In this document: one piece after another, positions 19,364 through 29,777 of the stretch
Position numbering within the stretch: position 1 is the first letter of the stretch
How the letters are laid out: each line of letters starts with the position of its first letter
Sequence record: NZ_CP090684.1
Length of the DNA: 64,000 nucleotides
Reading direction: 5' to 3' (one strand)
DNA from: a plasmid
The notes under the pieces: generated by a model
The model's input: the letters and a program-made list of their open reading frames with translations, nothing else
Told to the model about the DNA's origin: nothing
Database searches by the model: none
Program-made: the position numbers and the translations under genes

Positions 19364-19735
19364 TGGCGCATCACGAGGTCGTCGGCACCGTCAGCAATCG
19401 CGCGCGCCGCGAGGCAATGCAGCCGCCCTATTTCCGGATCATCCATAGGTTGCCAAATCTCCCCCGAATTCCATCCCGCTACTCGACTTCAAGAAATTGA
19501 ATAGCAGTACACAGGACGATGTCTGTCAACCCATTTATTACTAACAAAACGAGGTATTCGTACCGATGCATCGTGCCGATCAAATCGTCGAACGTCGACG
19601 CATGGCTGGCGCCGGATCCGTCTCGCCGCGCGCAGCTGCGCGAGATCCTCGCCGATCGCGAACGGCCCTACTACGAGCACCAACTGGCGGCGTAATTCGG
19701 GTAGGGATTGGAGTCGGCATGGGGAATGGCATATA

Positions 19736-19751
19736 CTGTATAAACATACAG
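19736..19751 (+). promoter_or_regulatory. LexA (SOS) box CTGTATAAACATACAG
   Basis: Perfect CTGT-N8-ACAG palindrome 18 nt upstream of the imuA ATG. Confidence 0.75.
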
Positions 19752-19769
19752 TGCCAGAACCCCACGACC

Positions 19770-20486
19770 ATGCAAGCCGCTCTTGCCCATCCTGAAACCA
19801 TCCATCCCGCGCTCTGGCGTGCCAGCCAGCTGGCGCGCTCGAGCTCGCGCGGCGTCGACACGGGGCACGCTGAGCTGACCGCCGAGCTACCCGGCGGCGG
19901 CTGGCCCGCGGGCGCGCTGGTCGATTTGCTGACGCAGCAGGCCGGCATCGGCGAGCTCCGGCTACTCGCGCCTGTACTGGCGCGCTCGAGCGGCCGACCG
20001 ATCATGCTGATCCAGCCGCTGCACGGGCTGCAGCCGCTGGCGCTGTCGTATTGGGGTGTCGATTCGTCCAGCTTCGTCCTGCTGCCTGCCCCGCGCACCG
20101 CCGACGCACTGTGGGCCGCCGAGCAGGTGCTGCGCGCCGGCACGTGCGCGGCTGTCCTGCTGTGGCAGTCAAACGTGCGCGCGGACGCGCTGCGGCGTCT
20201 GAACCTGGCCGCGCAAACCGGATCCGCACTGTTTTTCCTGTTCCGGCCGGCGGCCGCCGCACGCGACGCGTCGCCGGCGCCATTGCGGCTCGCGCTGGCC
20301 CCCAAGCGCGACGGCATCGAGATCACGTTCGTGAAGCGCCGCGGACCCGCGCGCGATACGCCGTTGTTCGTCCCGTTGTCCCCTTCGCCGATTTTGTTGA
20401 ATCGCCATGCAAGTCTGGATCGGCGTGCATCTGCCGCACCTCAACCTCGAAACGTTCCGGCCACGCTCGCCGGCGCCATCGCCTGA
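19770..20486 (+). CDS. imuA: ImuA, SOS-inducible RecA/SulA-like component of mutagenesis cassette
   Basis: Start at MQAALAHPETIHPALWRASQLA. The ORF-track extension to 19566 runs across the LexA box and is spurious. Confidence 0.75.
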   Translation: MQAALAHPETIHPALWRASQLARSSSRGVDTGHAELTAELPGGGWPAGALVDLLTQQAGIGELRLLAPVLARSSGRPIMLIQPLHGLQPLALSYWGVDSSSFVLLPAPRTADALWAAEQVLRAGTCAAVLLWQSNVRADALRRLNLAAQTGSALFFLFRPAAAARDASPAPLRLALAPKRDGIEITFVKRRGPARDTPLFVPLSPSPILLNRHASLDRRASAAPQPRNVPATLAGAIA

Positions 20487-21885
20487 CGATGCGCGCGGTC
20501 TCGTCGTGCTCGAGAGCGGCCGTGTCGTGGCGCTGGACCGTGCCGCGCGCGCGCTCGGCATCGTCGTCGGCATGCGGCGCGCCGGCGTGCTGTCGCTCGC
20601 GCCCGACGCACAGATCCGCGAGCGCGACGTCGTGCGAGAACGCGAACTCGTGCTCGGCGTCGCGTACGCGCTGCTGCAGTTCACGCCGAACGTCGTCGAC
20701 GCTGACGAAGCAGTGGTACTGCTCGACGTGACGGCCAGCCTGCGCCTTTTCCATGGCATTCGCGCGCTGCGCCGGCGCGTGCGCGACGTCGTCGCGTCGT
20801 TCGGCGTCTCCGCGGCAATCTCCGTCGCGTCGACAGGCCCGGCCGCATGGATGGTCGCGCGCGGGCTGCGCGGCGGCCTCGCGCTGTCTGCCCGGTCATT
20901 GCGCCGCGCGCTCGCGCGCGTGCCGCTCGTGGTCGCCCCTGATGCGCGGCGGTACGCGACGTGGTTCGACGAGCTCGGCTGCGAAACGCTGGCGGACCTG
21001 CAGCGCCTGCCCCGCGCCGGGCTCAAGAAGCGTTGCGGCACGCAGCTGCTCGACTGGCTCGACCAGGTGGCCGGCACTGCGCCGGCGGCCTATGACTGGC
21101 TCGACATGCCGCCGTCGTTCGACACGCGCGTCGAGCTGATGGACCGCGTCGAGCACGCCGAGGCGCTGTTGTTTGTCGCGCGCCGGCTGATCCTGCAGCT
21201 GACCGGTTGGCTCACGGCGAAGCAGCTGGACGTCGCAGCATTCGCGCTGCTGCTCGAGCACGAGCGCGGACGCGACGCGATTGCGCCGACCGAGATCGAG
21301 ATTTCGCTGGGCGCCCCCACGCGCTTCGAAGAGCACCTGACCCGGCTCGTCAAGGAGCGGCTTGGCCATGTCGAGCTCGCCGGGCCCGTGATCGCCGTGC
21401 GGCTCGTCGCGCGACGCGTGCAGGAAGCGGCCGCGCCGAGCGATTCGTTGTTCCCGGAACCCGGCGGCACGCCGCAGGATCACGCTCGATTGCTGGAACT
21501 GCTCACCGCGCGCCTCGGCGCAGAGAATGTGCTGGTCCCGGCTCCCATAGCCGACTACCGTCCGGAGCCGGCCGCCCGATGGGTGCCGATGCGCGACGCG
21601 CCGAAGGCGGCACCGCTGCCGGCGGATTTGCCGCGCCCCGCCTGGCTGCTCGCCAAGCCGGTGCCGCTGCTCACGCGCCAACACCGGCCGTTCTACGGTA
21701 CACCGCTGCGCATGGTGTCGCCTGGCGAGCGTATCGAAGGCGGATGGCAGGACGGGCAGACTGTGACGCGCGACTACTTCGTTGCCGAGGACGACAACGG
21801 CATCTGCTACTGGATCTTCAAGGAGCGGCCGACGGCCAGCGACGAAAGCGACTCGCGCTACTTTCTGCACGGCCTGTTCGGTTGA
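20407..21885 (+). CDS. imuB: ImuB, Y-family polymerase-like protein
   Basis: N-terminus MQVWIGVHLPHLNLE matches the ImuB consensus. Lies between imuA and dnaE2. Overlaps the imuA 3' end. Confidence 0.8.
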   Translation: MQVWIGVHLPHLNLETFRPRSPAPSPDDARGLVVLESGRVVALDRAARALGIVVGMRRAGVLSLAPDAQIRERDVVRERELVLGVAYALLQFTPNVVDADEAVVLLDVTASLRLFHGIRALRRRVRDVVASFGVSAAISVASTGPAAWMVARGLRGGLALSARSLRRALARVPLVVAPDARRYATWFDELGCETLADLQRLPRAGLKKRCGTQLLDWLDQVAGTAPAAYDWLDMPPSFDTRVELMDRVEHAEALLFVARRLILQLTGWLTAKQLDVAAFALLLEHERGRDAIAPTEIEISLGAPTRFEEHLTRLVKERLGHVELAGPVIAVRLVARRVQEAAAPSDSLFPEPGGTPQDHARLLELLTARLGAENVLVPAPIADYRPEPAARWVPMRDAPKAAPLPADLPRPAWLLAKPVPLLTRQHRPFYGTPLRMVSPGERIEGGWQDGQTVTRDYFVAEDDNGICYWIFKERPTASDESDSRYFLHGLFG

Positions 21886-21891
21886 TTCGCG

Positions 21892-24800
21892 ATGAGCGCT
21901 GCGAGCTACGGCGCCCTGCCCGCCTATGCGGAGCTGCAGGTCGCCAGCGACTTCTCGTTTCTGCACGGCGCGTCGCGCGCCGAGGAATACGTGGCGCGCG
22001 CGGCACAGCTCGGCTACAGCGCGATCGCGATCACCGATGAGTGCTCGCTCGCCGGCGTCGTGCGCGCGCACGTCGAAGCGAAGGCAGCCGGCCTGCCTCT
22101 GATCATCGGCTCGCACTTCCGGCTGACGGCCGCCGACGGCGCGCCGGCGATCGCGTTCAGCGCGCTCGCGATGAATCGCGACGGCTACGGCAACCTCTGC
22201 GAACTGGTGTCGCTCGGCCGTATGCGCGGCAAGAAAGGCAGCTACCGGTTGGCGCCGCGCGATCTCGAGCAGCCGGACGCGCCATTCACGCATCTGCGCG
22301 GCTTGCCCGACTGCATTGCGATCCTGTCGCCCGACTTCCCGGCCAATGAGCAGCGGCTCGACGCGCAGGTCGAATGGTTCGCGCGCGTGTTCGGCGATCG
22401 CGCATGGGTCGCGCTCACGCTGCATGCGCGTGCGATGGACGATATCCACCGCGGTGTCGTTGAACGCGTCGCCGCGCGCCACGGCGTGCCGGTGGTCGCA
22501 ACCAGCTGGCCGCTGATGCATGTGCGATCGCGCAAACCGCTGCAGGACGTTCTGACGTCAATCCGGCTGGGGCGGCCGGTGTCCGAGTGCGGATACGAGC
22601 TCGCGCCGAATGCAGAGCGGCATTTGCGATCGCGCTTGCGGCTTGCCAACCTCTACCCGGCCGGCGCGCTCGAGGAGACCGTGCGGGTCGCGCGGCGCTG
22701 CACGTTCTCACTCGACGACCTGAAGTACGAATATCCGGACGAGGTGGTTCCAGCCGGCTACGACGTCGCGACCTACCTGCGCGAACAGACGTATATCGGT
22801 GCGCAGCGGCGCTTTCCGGCCGGCATTCCGGTCGACGTGCAGGCGCAGATCGAACACGAGCTGCAGTTGATCGCGGAACTGAACTACGAGGCGTATTTCC
22901 TGACCGTCTACGACATCGTGCAATTCGCGCGTCAGAACGGCATCTTGTGCCAGGGCCGCGGGTCGGCGGCGAACTCCGCCGTCTGCTACTGCCTCGGCAT
23001 GACGGAGGTCGATCCCTCCCGTCAGTCGATGCTGTTCGAGCGGTTCATGAGCAAGGAGCGCAACGAGCCGCCGGACATCGACGTCGACTTCGAGCATCAG
23101 CGTCGCGAAGAGGTGATGCAGTACATCTACCGCAAGTACGGCCGCGATCGCGCGGCGCTGACCGCGGCCGTCAGCACGTACCGACCGCGCAGCGCATTGC
23201 GCGAGGCCGGCAAAGCGCTCGGCGTGGATCCGGCGATCGTCGATCGGGTCGCCAAAAGTCACCACTGGTTCGACTCGCGCGCGGATCTGCTCCAGCGTTT
23301 CGCCGAAGCCGGTCTCGATCCCGAGGCGCCGCTCAATCAGCAGTGGGCCGCGTTCGCCGCTCAGCTGCTCGGCTACCCGCGCCATCTGTCGCAGCACTCG
23401 GGTGGCTTCGTGATCAGCCGCGGCAAGCTCACGCGACTCGTGCCGGTCGAGAATGCCGCGATGGAAGATCGCACGATCATCCAGTGGGACAAGGACGATA
23501 TCGAAGCGCTCGGCATCCTGAAAATCGACGTGCTCGCGCTCGGCATGCTGTCGATGGTGCGCCGCGCGCTCGACATGATCTCGGAGAAGCGCGGCGAAAC
23601 GTTTGAGCTGCAGGACATACCGGCCGAAGACAAAGCGACCTACGACATGCTGTGCGACGGCGACAGCATGGGCGTATTCCAGGTCGAGTCGCGCGCGCAG
23701 ATGTCGATGCTGCCGCGCCTACGGCCGCAATGCTTCTACGATCTCGTGATCGAGGTCGCGATCGTTCGACCCGGCCCCGTGCAGGGCGGCATGGTGCATC
23801 CATATCTCCGCCGCCGGCAGGGACTTGAGCCCGTCACGTTCCCTTCAGACGGCATGGAAAAGGCGCTGAAGCGCACGCTCGGCGTGCCGATCTTCCAGGA
23901 GCAGGTGATGCAGGTCGCCATGCTTGCGGCCGGCTTCTCCGCCGGCGAGGCCGATCAGCTGCGACGTGCGATGGCGGCATGGAAACGCAAGGGCGGCCTC
24001 GAGCCATACCACGATCGGCTCGTGAGCGGCATGCTCGAGCGCGGCTACGATCGCGAATTCGCCGAGGCGATCTTCGCGCAGATCAAGGGCTTCGGCGAGT
24101 ACGGGTTTCCGGAGAGCCATGCGGCCAGCTTCGCGTTGCTCGTCTACTCGAGCGCGTGGTTGCGCCGGCACGAGCCGGCCGTGTTTCTGGCCTCGTTGCT
24201 CAACAGTCAGCCGATGGGCTTCTATACACCATCGCAGCTGCTGCAGGACGCGCGACGCCGTGGCGTTGAAGTATTACCTGTCGACGTGAACGTGAGCACG
24301 TGGGATTCAGTCATCGAGGGGCCGACGACCTCGGCGCCGGTGCGTCTCGGATTCTCACTGCTGCGCGGCATGCGCGCGGACGTCGCCGGCCGCATCGAGC
24401 TCGCGCGCGCGGTGCGGCCGTTCGTCGACGTCGCGGATCTCGCTCGACGGGCGCAGCTCGATCGGCACGACCTGCAGGTACTCGCCCGCGCGAACGCGCT
24501 GCGCTCGCTCGCCGGCGGCAATCGTCGCGCCGCGCTGTGGCTGGCGGCCGCGGCGATCCCCGATCGGGATCTGTTGCGCGGCACTGAGCGTGACGACGCC
24601 GTGCCGGCGCTGCCGCAGGCGTCGGAAGGCAAGGAGATTGTGACCGACTATCGCGCGATGGGCTTCACGCTCGGCCGGCACCCACTGGCGCTGCTGCGCG
24701 ATCGTCTGACGCTCGATCGTTTGCAGTCGGCCGAGCAGCTGGCAACGTTACGCAGCGGCCAGCTCGCGCGCGCATGCGGACTGGTCACCGTGCGACAACG

Positions 24801-25041
24801 GCCGGGCACGGCCAACGGCGTGCTGTTCATGACGCTCGAGGACGAGACGGGCCAGGTGAACGTGATCCTGTGGCCCGGTCTGCTGGAGAAGTTTCGCAAG
24901 GAGGCGCTAGGCGCGGCGCTCCTCGCGGTCTACGGTGTATGGCAGGCCGAGGGGAAGGTGCGGCACTTGATCGCGAGCAAGCTCGTCGACCGGAGCGAAT
25001 TGCTCGGCTCGCTGCCGACGACGGCAAGGGAGTTTTGTTGA
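21892..25041 (+). CDS. dnaE2: Error-prone DNA polymerase DnaE2 (ImuC)
   Basis: 1049 aa. PHP domain (LQVASDFSFLHGAS), Pol III alpha core, and OB fold. Confidence 0.95.
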   Translation: MSAASYGALPAYAELQVASDFSFLHGASRAEEYVARAAQLGYSAIAITDECSLAGVVRAHVEAKAAGLPLIIGSHFRLTAADGAPAIAFSALAMNRDGYGNLCELVSLGRMRGKKGSYRLAPRDLEQPDAPFTHLRGLPDCIAILSPDFPANEQRLDAQVEWFARVFGDRAWVALTLHARAMDDIHRGVVERVAARHGVPVVATSWPLMHVRSRKPLQDVLTSIRLGRPVSECGYELAPNAERHLRSRLRLANLYPAGALEETVRVARRCTFSLDDLKYEYPDEVVPAGYDVATYLREQTYIGAQRRFPAGIPVDVQAQIEHELQLIAELNYEAYFLTVYDIVQFARQNGILCQGRGSAANSAVCYCLGMTEVDPSRQSMLFERFMSKERNEPPDIDVDFEHQRREEVMQYIYRKYGRDRAALTAAVSTYRPRSALREAGKALGVDPAIVDRVAKSHHWFDSRADLLQRFAEAGLDPEAPLNQQWAAFAAQLLGYPRHLSQHSGGFVISRGKLTRLVPVENAAMEDRTIIQWDKDDIEALGILKIDVLALGMLSMVRRALDMISEKRGETFELQDIPAEDKATYDMLCDGDSMGVFQVESRAQMSMLPRLRPQCFYDLVIEVAIVRPGPVQGGMVHPYLRRRQGLEPVTFPSDGMEKALKRTLGVPIFQEQVMQVAMLAAGFSAGEADQLRRAMAAWKRKGGLEPYHDRLVSGMLERGYDREFAEAIFAQIKGFGEYGFPESHAASFALLVYSSAWLRRHEPAVFLASLLNSQPMGFYTPSQLLQDARRRGVEVLPVDVNVSTWDSVIEGPTTSAPVRLGFSLLRGMRADVAGRIELARAVRPFVDVADLARRAQLDRHDLQVLARANALRSLAGGNRRAALWLAAAAIPDRDLLRGTERDDAVPALPQASEGKEIVTDYRAMGFTLGRHPLALLRDRLTLDRLQSAEQLATLRSGQLARACGLVTVRQRPGTANGVLFMTLEDETGQVNVILWPGLLEKFRKEALGAALLAVYGVWQAEGKVRHLIASKLVDRSELLGSLPTTAREFC

Positions 25042-25078
25042 TGGTGCTCTAGCAAGCCAGAGCGCCCGACGCGAAGCT

Positions 25079-25405
25079 TTAGAACAACGACATTTGCCTC
25101 GGGTCGCATTCCGGCCCCTTTGGCGATCGCTTGACCGCCACAGTGCGACGCATCCACGCGACCAGTGGAACGCCCATGCCATCCACGGTAACTGCAAAGC
25201 CGAACGCCTCTTGCCCCTCGCGAGTCCAGTCCGGGAGCTGCTTCCAAGTCGGGCTCCATCCGCGGGCCCTCGCGCACTCCATCAAGCGCTCTTTCGTGAG
25301 ACCCGGCTCGCAGCACGCGACGAATCGGGCAAGGGGTGTCGGCACCAGTTCCTTCGGAAAAGTCCCCGGTAACGAGAATGAAACCAATCGCAACGTCCTC
25401 GCCAT
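25079..25405 (-). CDS. Hypothetical protein downstream of repA
   Basis: 108-aa ORF co-directional with the rep/par module. Confidence 0.35.
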   Translation of the reverse strand: MARTLRLVSFSLPGTFPKELVPTPLARFVACCEPGLTKERLMECARARGWSPTWKQLPDWTREGQEAFGFAVTVDGMGVPLVAWMRRTVAVKRSPKGPECDPRQMSLF

Positions 25406-25469
25406 TTCTACCCTCGACAGGCAGTAAGCAGTTCAATCGCTCGGATCCGGCCGCTACGGCTCGGGCGAA

Positions 25470-26594
25470 CTATGTCCCAGCAATCAGTTCAAGCTGGCCA
25501 ACGTCTCGCGCGTCCGAATCCCAGCGGCGCAGCGCGTAGTACCACTTTGACAGCTTCTTGGCCAGCAACTCACGATGAATGCTCGCTGTGAGTTGCTCGT
25601 CCTGCCGTCGGTTGTCACGGTCGCACCGAAAGAAGACGACCATTGCCTTGTCGTCGTCGAGCGCTATGTGAAATTCCGGCAGTTTGTCCGCTTTCATGGC
25701 CGCAATGAGATCTCTGCGGAAATACTTAAGTGCTTGAGCGGACCCCGACTTGCCGTAGAGCTTTTCAAGGCCGATTTTGAACCACAGCTTGTCACCACAG
25801 TGCTTCTTGGCCAAATCGTAAAGGCGACGCTCAAGACCTTGCCCCAAATCGAAGTAACCCGGATGTAGGGTTAGGATGCGCCGACTCAGCAACAAATCGT
25901 AGGTCCAACTCGACAATACTAGCTCGACCTCCAGCGCCCCTTTCCGATTGGCGGTATACGTGATCACCGAATATTCCTGGATCAACCCGTATCCGCGTAA
26001 GGTCTCGTGGATCCCGGCTTCATTGGCACCCGGGCGCGTCGTATCGAAATTTGTTTCGATGATGGTGCCTTTCAAGCGTCGGCAGCTATCAACGATGCGC
26101 TCATACGAAGCGCCGCCCGTACTGCGTCGGGTGTATTTGAGAAAGTCACGGACCTTGAATCGGATTCGGCGTGAAACCGGGATATCGGAGTCGGCCGCCT
26201 TGCAAATCAGTGTAGCGGCGTAGACGAGCAGATCCTTATCGAAGATATTTGCCGCCCCCACCCCGCTTGGGATGATTCTGACGATTTGTTCGCCGTTGCG
26301 GTAGACGCGAACCCGCGTGTCTTTGCCCTTTTGCAGTGAGAAAAGGGGGAACTCGAGAGAATGAAGGTCCTCGCGGGGCTTCCAGGACAAGTCAAGTTGC
26401 TCGCCGAAAAACAGTTCGAGCTGCTCTGGATCGAACTCGCCCTCGTCCAGTCGAACGACATCATCGCCGTCGGCTGAGTTTTCCGATTGCTCAGCGCCTT
26501 GGCTGCGTGCCAATGGTGGTCGTGCGCCCATCGGCAACTGCGCCGCTCCTGCCCCCCTCAGTGAGTAGCTGTTCTCGGAATTGACTGTACTCAT
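25470..26594 (-). CDS. repA: Plasmid-type replication initiator protein (RepA/RPA family-like)
   Basis: 374 aa. Positioned after the korA-korB-incC-like genes. Resembles 'replication initiator protein A' of Proteobacterial plasmids and islands. Confidence 0.6.
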   Translation of the reverse strand: MSTVNSENSYSLRGAGAAQLPMGARPPLARSQGAEQSENSADGDDVVRLDEGEFDPEQLELFFGEQLDLSWKPREDLHSLEFPLFSLQKGKDTRVRVYRNGEQIVRIIPSGVGAANIFDKDLLVYAATLICKAADSDIPVSRRIRFKVRDFLKYTRRSTGGASYERIVDSCRRLKGTIIETNFDTTRPGANEAGIHETLRGYGLIQEYSVITYTANRKGALEVELVLSSWTYDLLLSRRILTLHPGYFDLGQGLERRLYDLAKKHCGDKLWFKIGLEKLYGKSGSAQALKYFRRDLIAAMKADKLPEFHIALDDDKAMVVFFRCDRDNRRQDEQLTASIHRELLAKKLSKWYYALRRWDSDARDVGQLELIAGT

Positions 26595-26616
26595 TCTCTC
26601 CTGCTTTCCCCGTATT

Positions 26617-27027
26617 TCATTCCAGCTTGCTCGTTTGCGTGCCGAGATGTTTGATCAGGGCAGACACTGCCGACTGGACTTTATTCGTATCTTTCGATCG
26701 TTGTGCCTTCGCAAGGAAGCGCGCGAGCGGTTCGACAAGCGGGCTCGGCACTTCGAATTCCTGCTTTAGCCAGACGATGACCTCCGCACTTCGCAGTTCC
26801 GAGTTCGTCAGGCTCTCGTAGTAGCGCTTCACCAACTGGCTGACGCGTTGTCGAGAAACCCCAAATTCACTCGCAACGTCCGCCGCCGGCCGCCCGTCGA
26901 CGATCACGGCGCGTGCGATATCGCGAGTAGCTTCGTCAAACGGACGTGTCCCGAACTCGCGCGCGTGCTTCCGCATGGCGGAGTCCAATGCTGAAAAATG
27001 CTTCGCTGAAAGGCGGAATGTAGCCAA
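26617..27027 (-). CDS. KorA/TrfB-like HTH transcriptional repressor
   Basis: HTH ADVASEFGVSRQRVSQLVKRY. Located between parB and repA. Confidence 0.5.
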   Translation of the reverse strand: MATFRLSAKHFSALDSAMRKHAREFGTRPFDEATRDIARAVIVDGRPAADVASEFGVSRQRVSQLVKRYYESLTNSELRSAEVIVWLKQEFEVPSPLVEPLARFLAKAQRSKDTNKVQSAVSALIKHLGTQTSKLE

Positions 27028-27089
27028 GATTGCTTTCCGAATAGGTTGACAAGCAACGAACTGGCGCCTGCCCGCCTCGGTCCGTTGCG

Positions 27090-28448
27090 TTACAGCGACC
27101 AGTCGTTCGGCGCCAGAGGATGAATTTCGCGGTCGGTATCGTAACCGAAGTCATCTGGCAGAACGCCGGGTCGCCGGCACGGATGCAATCTGTTCAGCAG
27201 CTCGAGCGGCCCACTCGAATTTATTTCATCATTGAACCTGTTTATTATTTTACCCGCTGTTTCAGTTGGCATGCCAGCAAGCGCCGAGGCAGCCAGGTCC
27301 ACAAAGCAGACCCACAACCTCCATTCGATGTCCTCCGCACGCACGCCAGCCGCCGAAAGGTCGGCGTGCAACCGGCGAACTCTCTCGACGGATCCGGTGC
27401 CGATTTCGTAGATTTCCTCTACGCGCCAAACCGACGTCTCACTCGGATCGGCGGCGGCAGCGTGCAAACGCTTCGCTTTGGGTACTTGCCGCAGCCCCTC
27501 CGGAGATGCCGCCGGGCTCGGAGCTAGGCGAGCGTCCGCCATATTCGGCACATCGGCATCATGTTCTGCGCCGTGGGCCGCCTGACCCTCGAATACAGGA
27601 CCAGGTGACGGTTGTTGGCCATCGTCAATGGACTGCGATGCAGTAGAACCCGGTGCCTCGGCCGGCGCGCTCGAGCGAGCCATAGCAGCTGCCTCGCCGA
27701 CCGCATCTTTCACCGACGGAGCGGCGACCTGCTTCAGCAGGTTCAGTCGCGCATCGAGCGTCAAGCGTCCGAACTTCTTTCCTGCCCGCATGTCCGTTGC
27801 GATTTCGTGCGCAGTCGCGGCACTGCAAGCCTCGATGTCGGCCATTTTGTTGGCCGCTTCGACGTCGTCGAACATGTCCTCATCGAACAAGGCTCGGGTC
27901 GTGGGACCATAACGAAGGAACCGCAAGTGTTTCGAGACCCATGACGCGCTGCGCTCCTTGCCGCTCGGCGCCGCCCAGATGCTGGCTGCTTGCTCTCGCC
28001 CGTACAACTCGACGTCTGTCGCAAGGCCGATAGCCGTCTCTCTCACCGAGAGTTGCTTTCGATCGATGTTCTCGGACACCTGATACATCCGGATTGCCAA
28101 GTCTGACGTCCCGGCGGGGAAAATCTTTGCCTGTATCTCCGGCCAGTCGTTCAAAAGGCTGCCTCGGATGCGCCGCTCGCCGGCGATCAGCTCATACTCG
28201 TCGCTGTCCGAAATTGCTCGCACCAATATCGGCGTGTGCACGTGACCGATCGCCCGAAGCCGCTCGGCGAACGCCTGCACATCGGCGAAATCGTCGCGAA
28301 CTTGAGGTTTGATCCGAACTTTATTGACCGCGATGAACCTCGTCACCGCCCCTGTGGCCTGCTCGATTTCAGCCACACGCGATGCCGCGCTTGCCGCTCG
28401 AGTCAGTGCCGAAATAGAAGCAAACTTCCCGCTTGTCGCCTGCTGCAT
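27090..28448 (-). CDS. parB: ParB/KorB-like partition protein (ParB N-terminal nuclease-like domain)
   Basis: ParB box ELIAGERRIRGS. Downstream of the ParA ATPase. Confidence 0.7.
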   Translation of the reverse strand: MQQATSGKFASISALTRAASAASRVAEIEQATGAVTRFIAVNKVRIKPQVRDDFADVQAFAERLRAIGHVHTPILVRAISDSDEYELIAGERRIRGSLLNDWPEIQAKIFPAGTSDLAIRMYQVSENIDRKQLSVRETAIGLATDVELYGREQAASIWAAPSGKERSASWVSKHLRFLRYGPTTRALFDEDMFDDVEAANKMADIEACSAATAHEIATDMRAGKKFGRLTLDARLNLLKQVAAPSVKDAVGEAAAMARSSAPAEAPGSTASQSIDDGQQPSPGPVFEGQAAHGAEHDADVPNMADARLAPSPAASPEGLRQVPKAKRLHAAAADPSETSVWRVEEIYEIGTGSVERVRRLHADLSAAGVRAEDIEWRLWVCFVDLAASALAGMPTETAGKIINRFNDEINSSGPLELLNRLHPCRRPGVLPDDFGYDTDREIHPLAPNDWSL

Positions 28449-28462
28449 TCAACGACCCCTCT

Positions 28463-29305
28463 TTATGCGTTGCTCACCGAAAGGCCGATGCGCTCCAAAA
28501 TGGAGTCGCACACGGCGTGCATTTCTTTCGCAGCAAGCCGATCACTTTCGCCCCTCCGACGCGCCCACACCGGATGAAAACTTGTCAGGCGGACCCCCGC
28601 ACGATCGCGCAATTCGTGTTCGAGTACTGCGTCGTCGAACGCATTCCGAACAGTCGTCCTCATCGATTGGTCATCGGCGCGTCGCAGATTGACCTTGTTG
28701 AGCAGAACGCCCACCAGCTCGAGATCCGGATTCCATTCGCGCTTGACGAGCTCAAGCTTCTCCGACGTACTGAGAAGGCCCGACATACTGTCAATTCCGA
28801 GATCAGTCGGAATCACGACGTAGTCGGCGCAGATCATCCCGCCCAACACGAGGTTGCTCATCGTTGGCGCGGTGTCGATCACGCACAGATCAAATTGGTC
28901 CGCCAGTGCATCCAAGGATTCCCGCGCCTTCGCCGCTGATTCGAGCGGCCAAGTCATGACGTCCTCGAGCTCCGGCGTCGCGCCGATCATTGCCGCCCCG
29001 TCGACAATTCGCATTGGATTGACGTCCCGTTTGCCCTGGTAGAGCAAGTGCGCACTCGAATTTTCTGTCACATCCGGTAGGCCCAAGTGCTCCCATGTAA
29101 GTGCCGCGCCCATCACCGACGGACCCGACTTCGCGGTCAGCTTTCGGTACAGCATCGACCTTGTCAGATTGCCTTGCGGATCCAGATCCACCACCAACAC
29201 GCGGATCCCTCGCTCGATTGCCGTGTAGACCAGATGCCGAACAATAGTCGTCTTGCCGGTGCCGCCCTTCCCATTCACGATGCTTATCTTCTTCATGGCC
29301 ACCAT
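28463..29305 (-). CDS. parA: ParA/IncC partition ATPase
   Basis: Deviant Walker A KGGTGKTT. Confidence 0.9.
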   Translation of the reverse strand: MVAMKKISIVNGKGGTGKTTIVRHLVYTAIERGIRVLVVDLDPQGNLTRSMLYRKLTAKSGPSVMGAALTWEHLGLPDVTENSSAHLLYQGKRDVNPMRIVDGAAMIGATPELEDVMTWPLESAAKARESLDALADQFDLCVIDTAPTMSNLVLGGMICADYVVIPTDLGIDSMSGLLSTSEKLELVKREWNPDLELVGVLLNKVNLRRADDQSMRTTVRNAFDDAVLEHELRDRAGVRLTSFHPVWARRRGESDRLAAKEMHAVCDSILERIGLSVSNA

Positions 29306-29306
29306 C

Positions 29307-29690
29307 TCATGCGCAGGCCAGTGCTTCGATTGGCTGAAACGAGCGGCCCAACGTATGGAAGACCGCTAGCCAGTTCGCCGCATAAACATTCACGCGCCCG
29401 CTCGCCACACTGAAGTAACCGCCTTGCTCCAGCTGGGTTACGCATGCTGTGCCTCGCATCAGATCTACGTCGAAGCAAATGCGGGATTGGGAACGCCGGT
29501 GGTCACCGGCAATATCCTGTGCAATCTCGATCTCGAGATGGCCGTCAACTCCATCGTCGATCGTGCAATGAACCGCCATATCCCCCGGCACGCGCGGTGG
29601 AGCAAACCGTGTTCGTGATGCGCTCACCCCCAGCTCCGGAATGAGGTCGACAAGAAGTCGGTAGATGCGGGATTGCACGGTGCTCGACAT
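29307..29690 (-). CDS. Hypothetical protein, first gene of par/rep operon
   Basis: Start MSSTVQSRIYRLL with GGAG RBS. 2-nt gap to parA. Confidence 0.4.
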   Translation of the reverse strand: MSSTVQSRIYRLLVDLIPELGVSASRTRFAPPRVPGDMAVHCTIDDGVDGHLEIEIAQDIAGDHRRSQSRICFDVDLMRGTACVTQLEQGGYFSVASGRVNVYAANWLAVFHTLGRSFQPIEALACA

Positions 29691-29777
29691 TTGGTTCTCC
29701 ATCTTTTTTTGGTTGCTCTTTTTCCGGCGTTGGCACACCGCCGGACCTCGTAGTTCTTTCATCTTATTATTAGATAC

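Noticed and set aside
19566-19769. Upstream extension of the imuA ORF
   Set aside because: Runs through the LexA box and promoter. The ImuA-like sequence begins at Met 19770.
20896-22521. 541-aa minus-strand ORF
   Set aside because: Antisense to imuB/dnaE2.
22587-23606. 339-aa + strand ORF
   Set aside because: Alternate frame within dnaE2.
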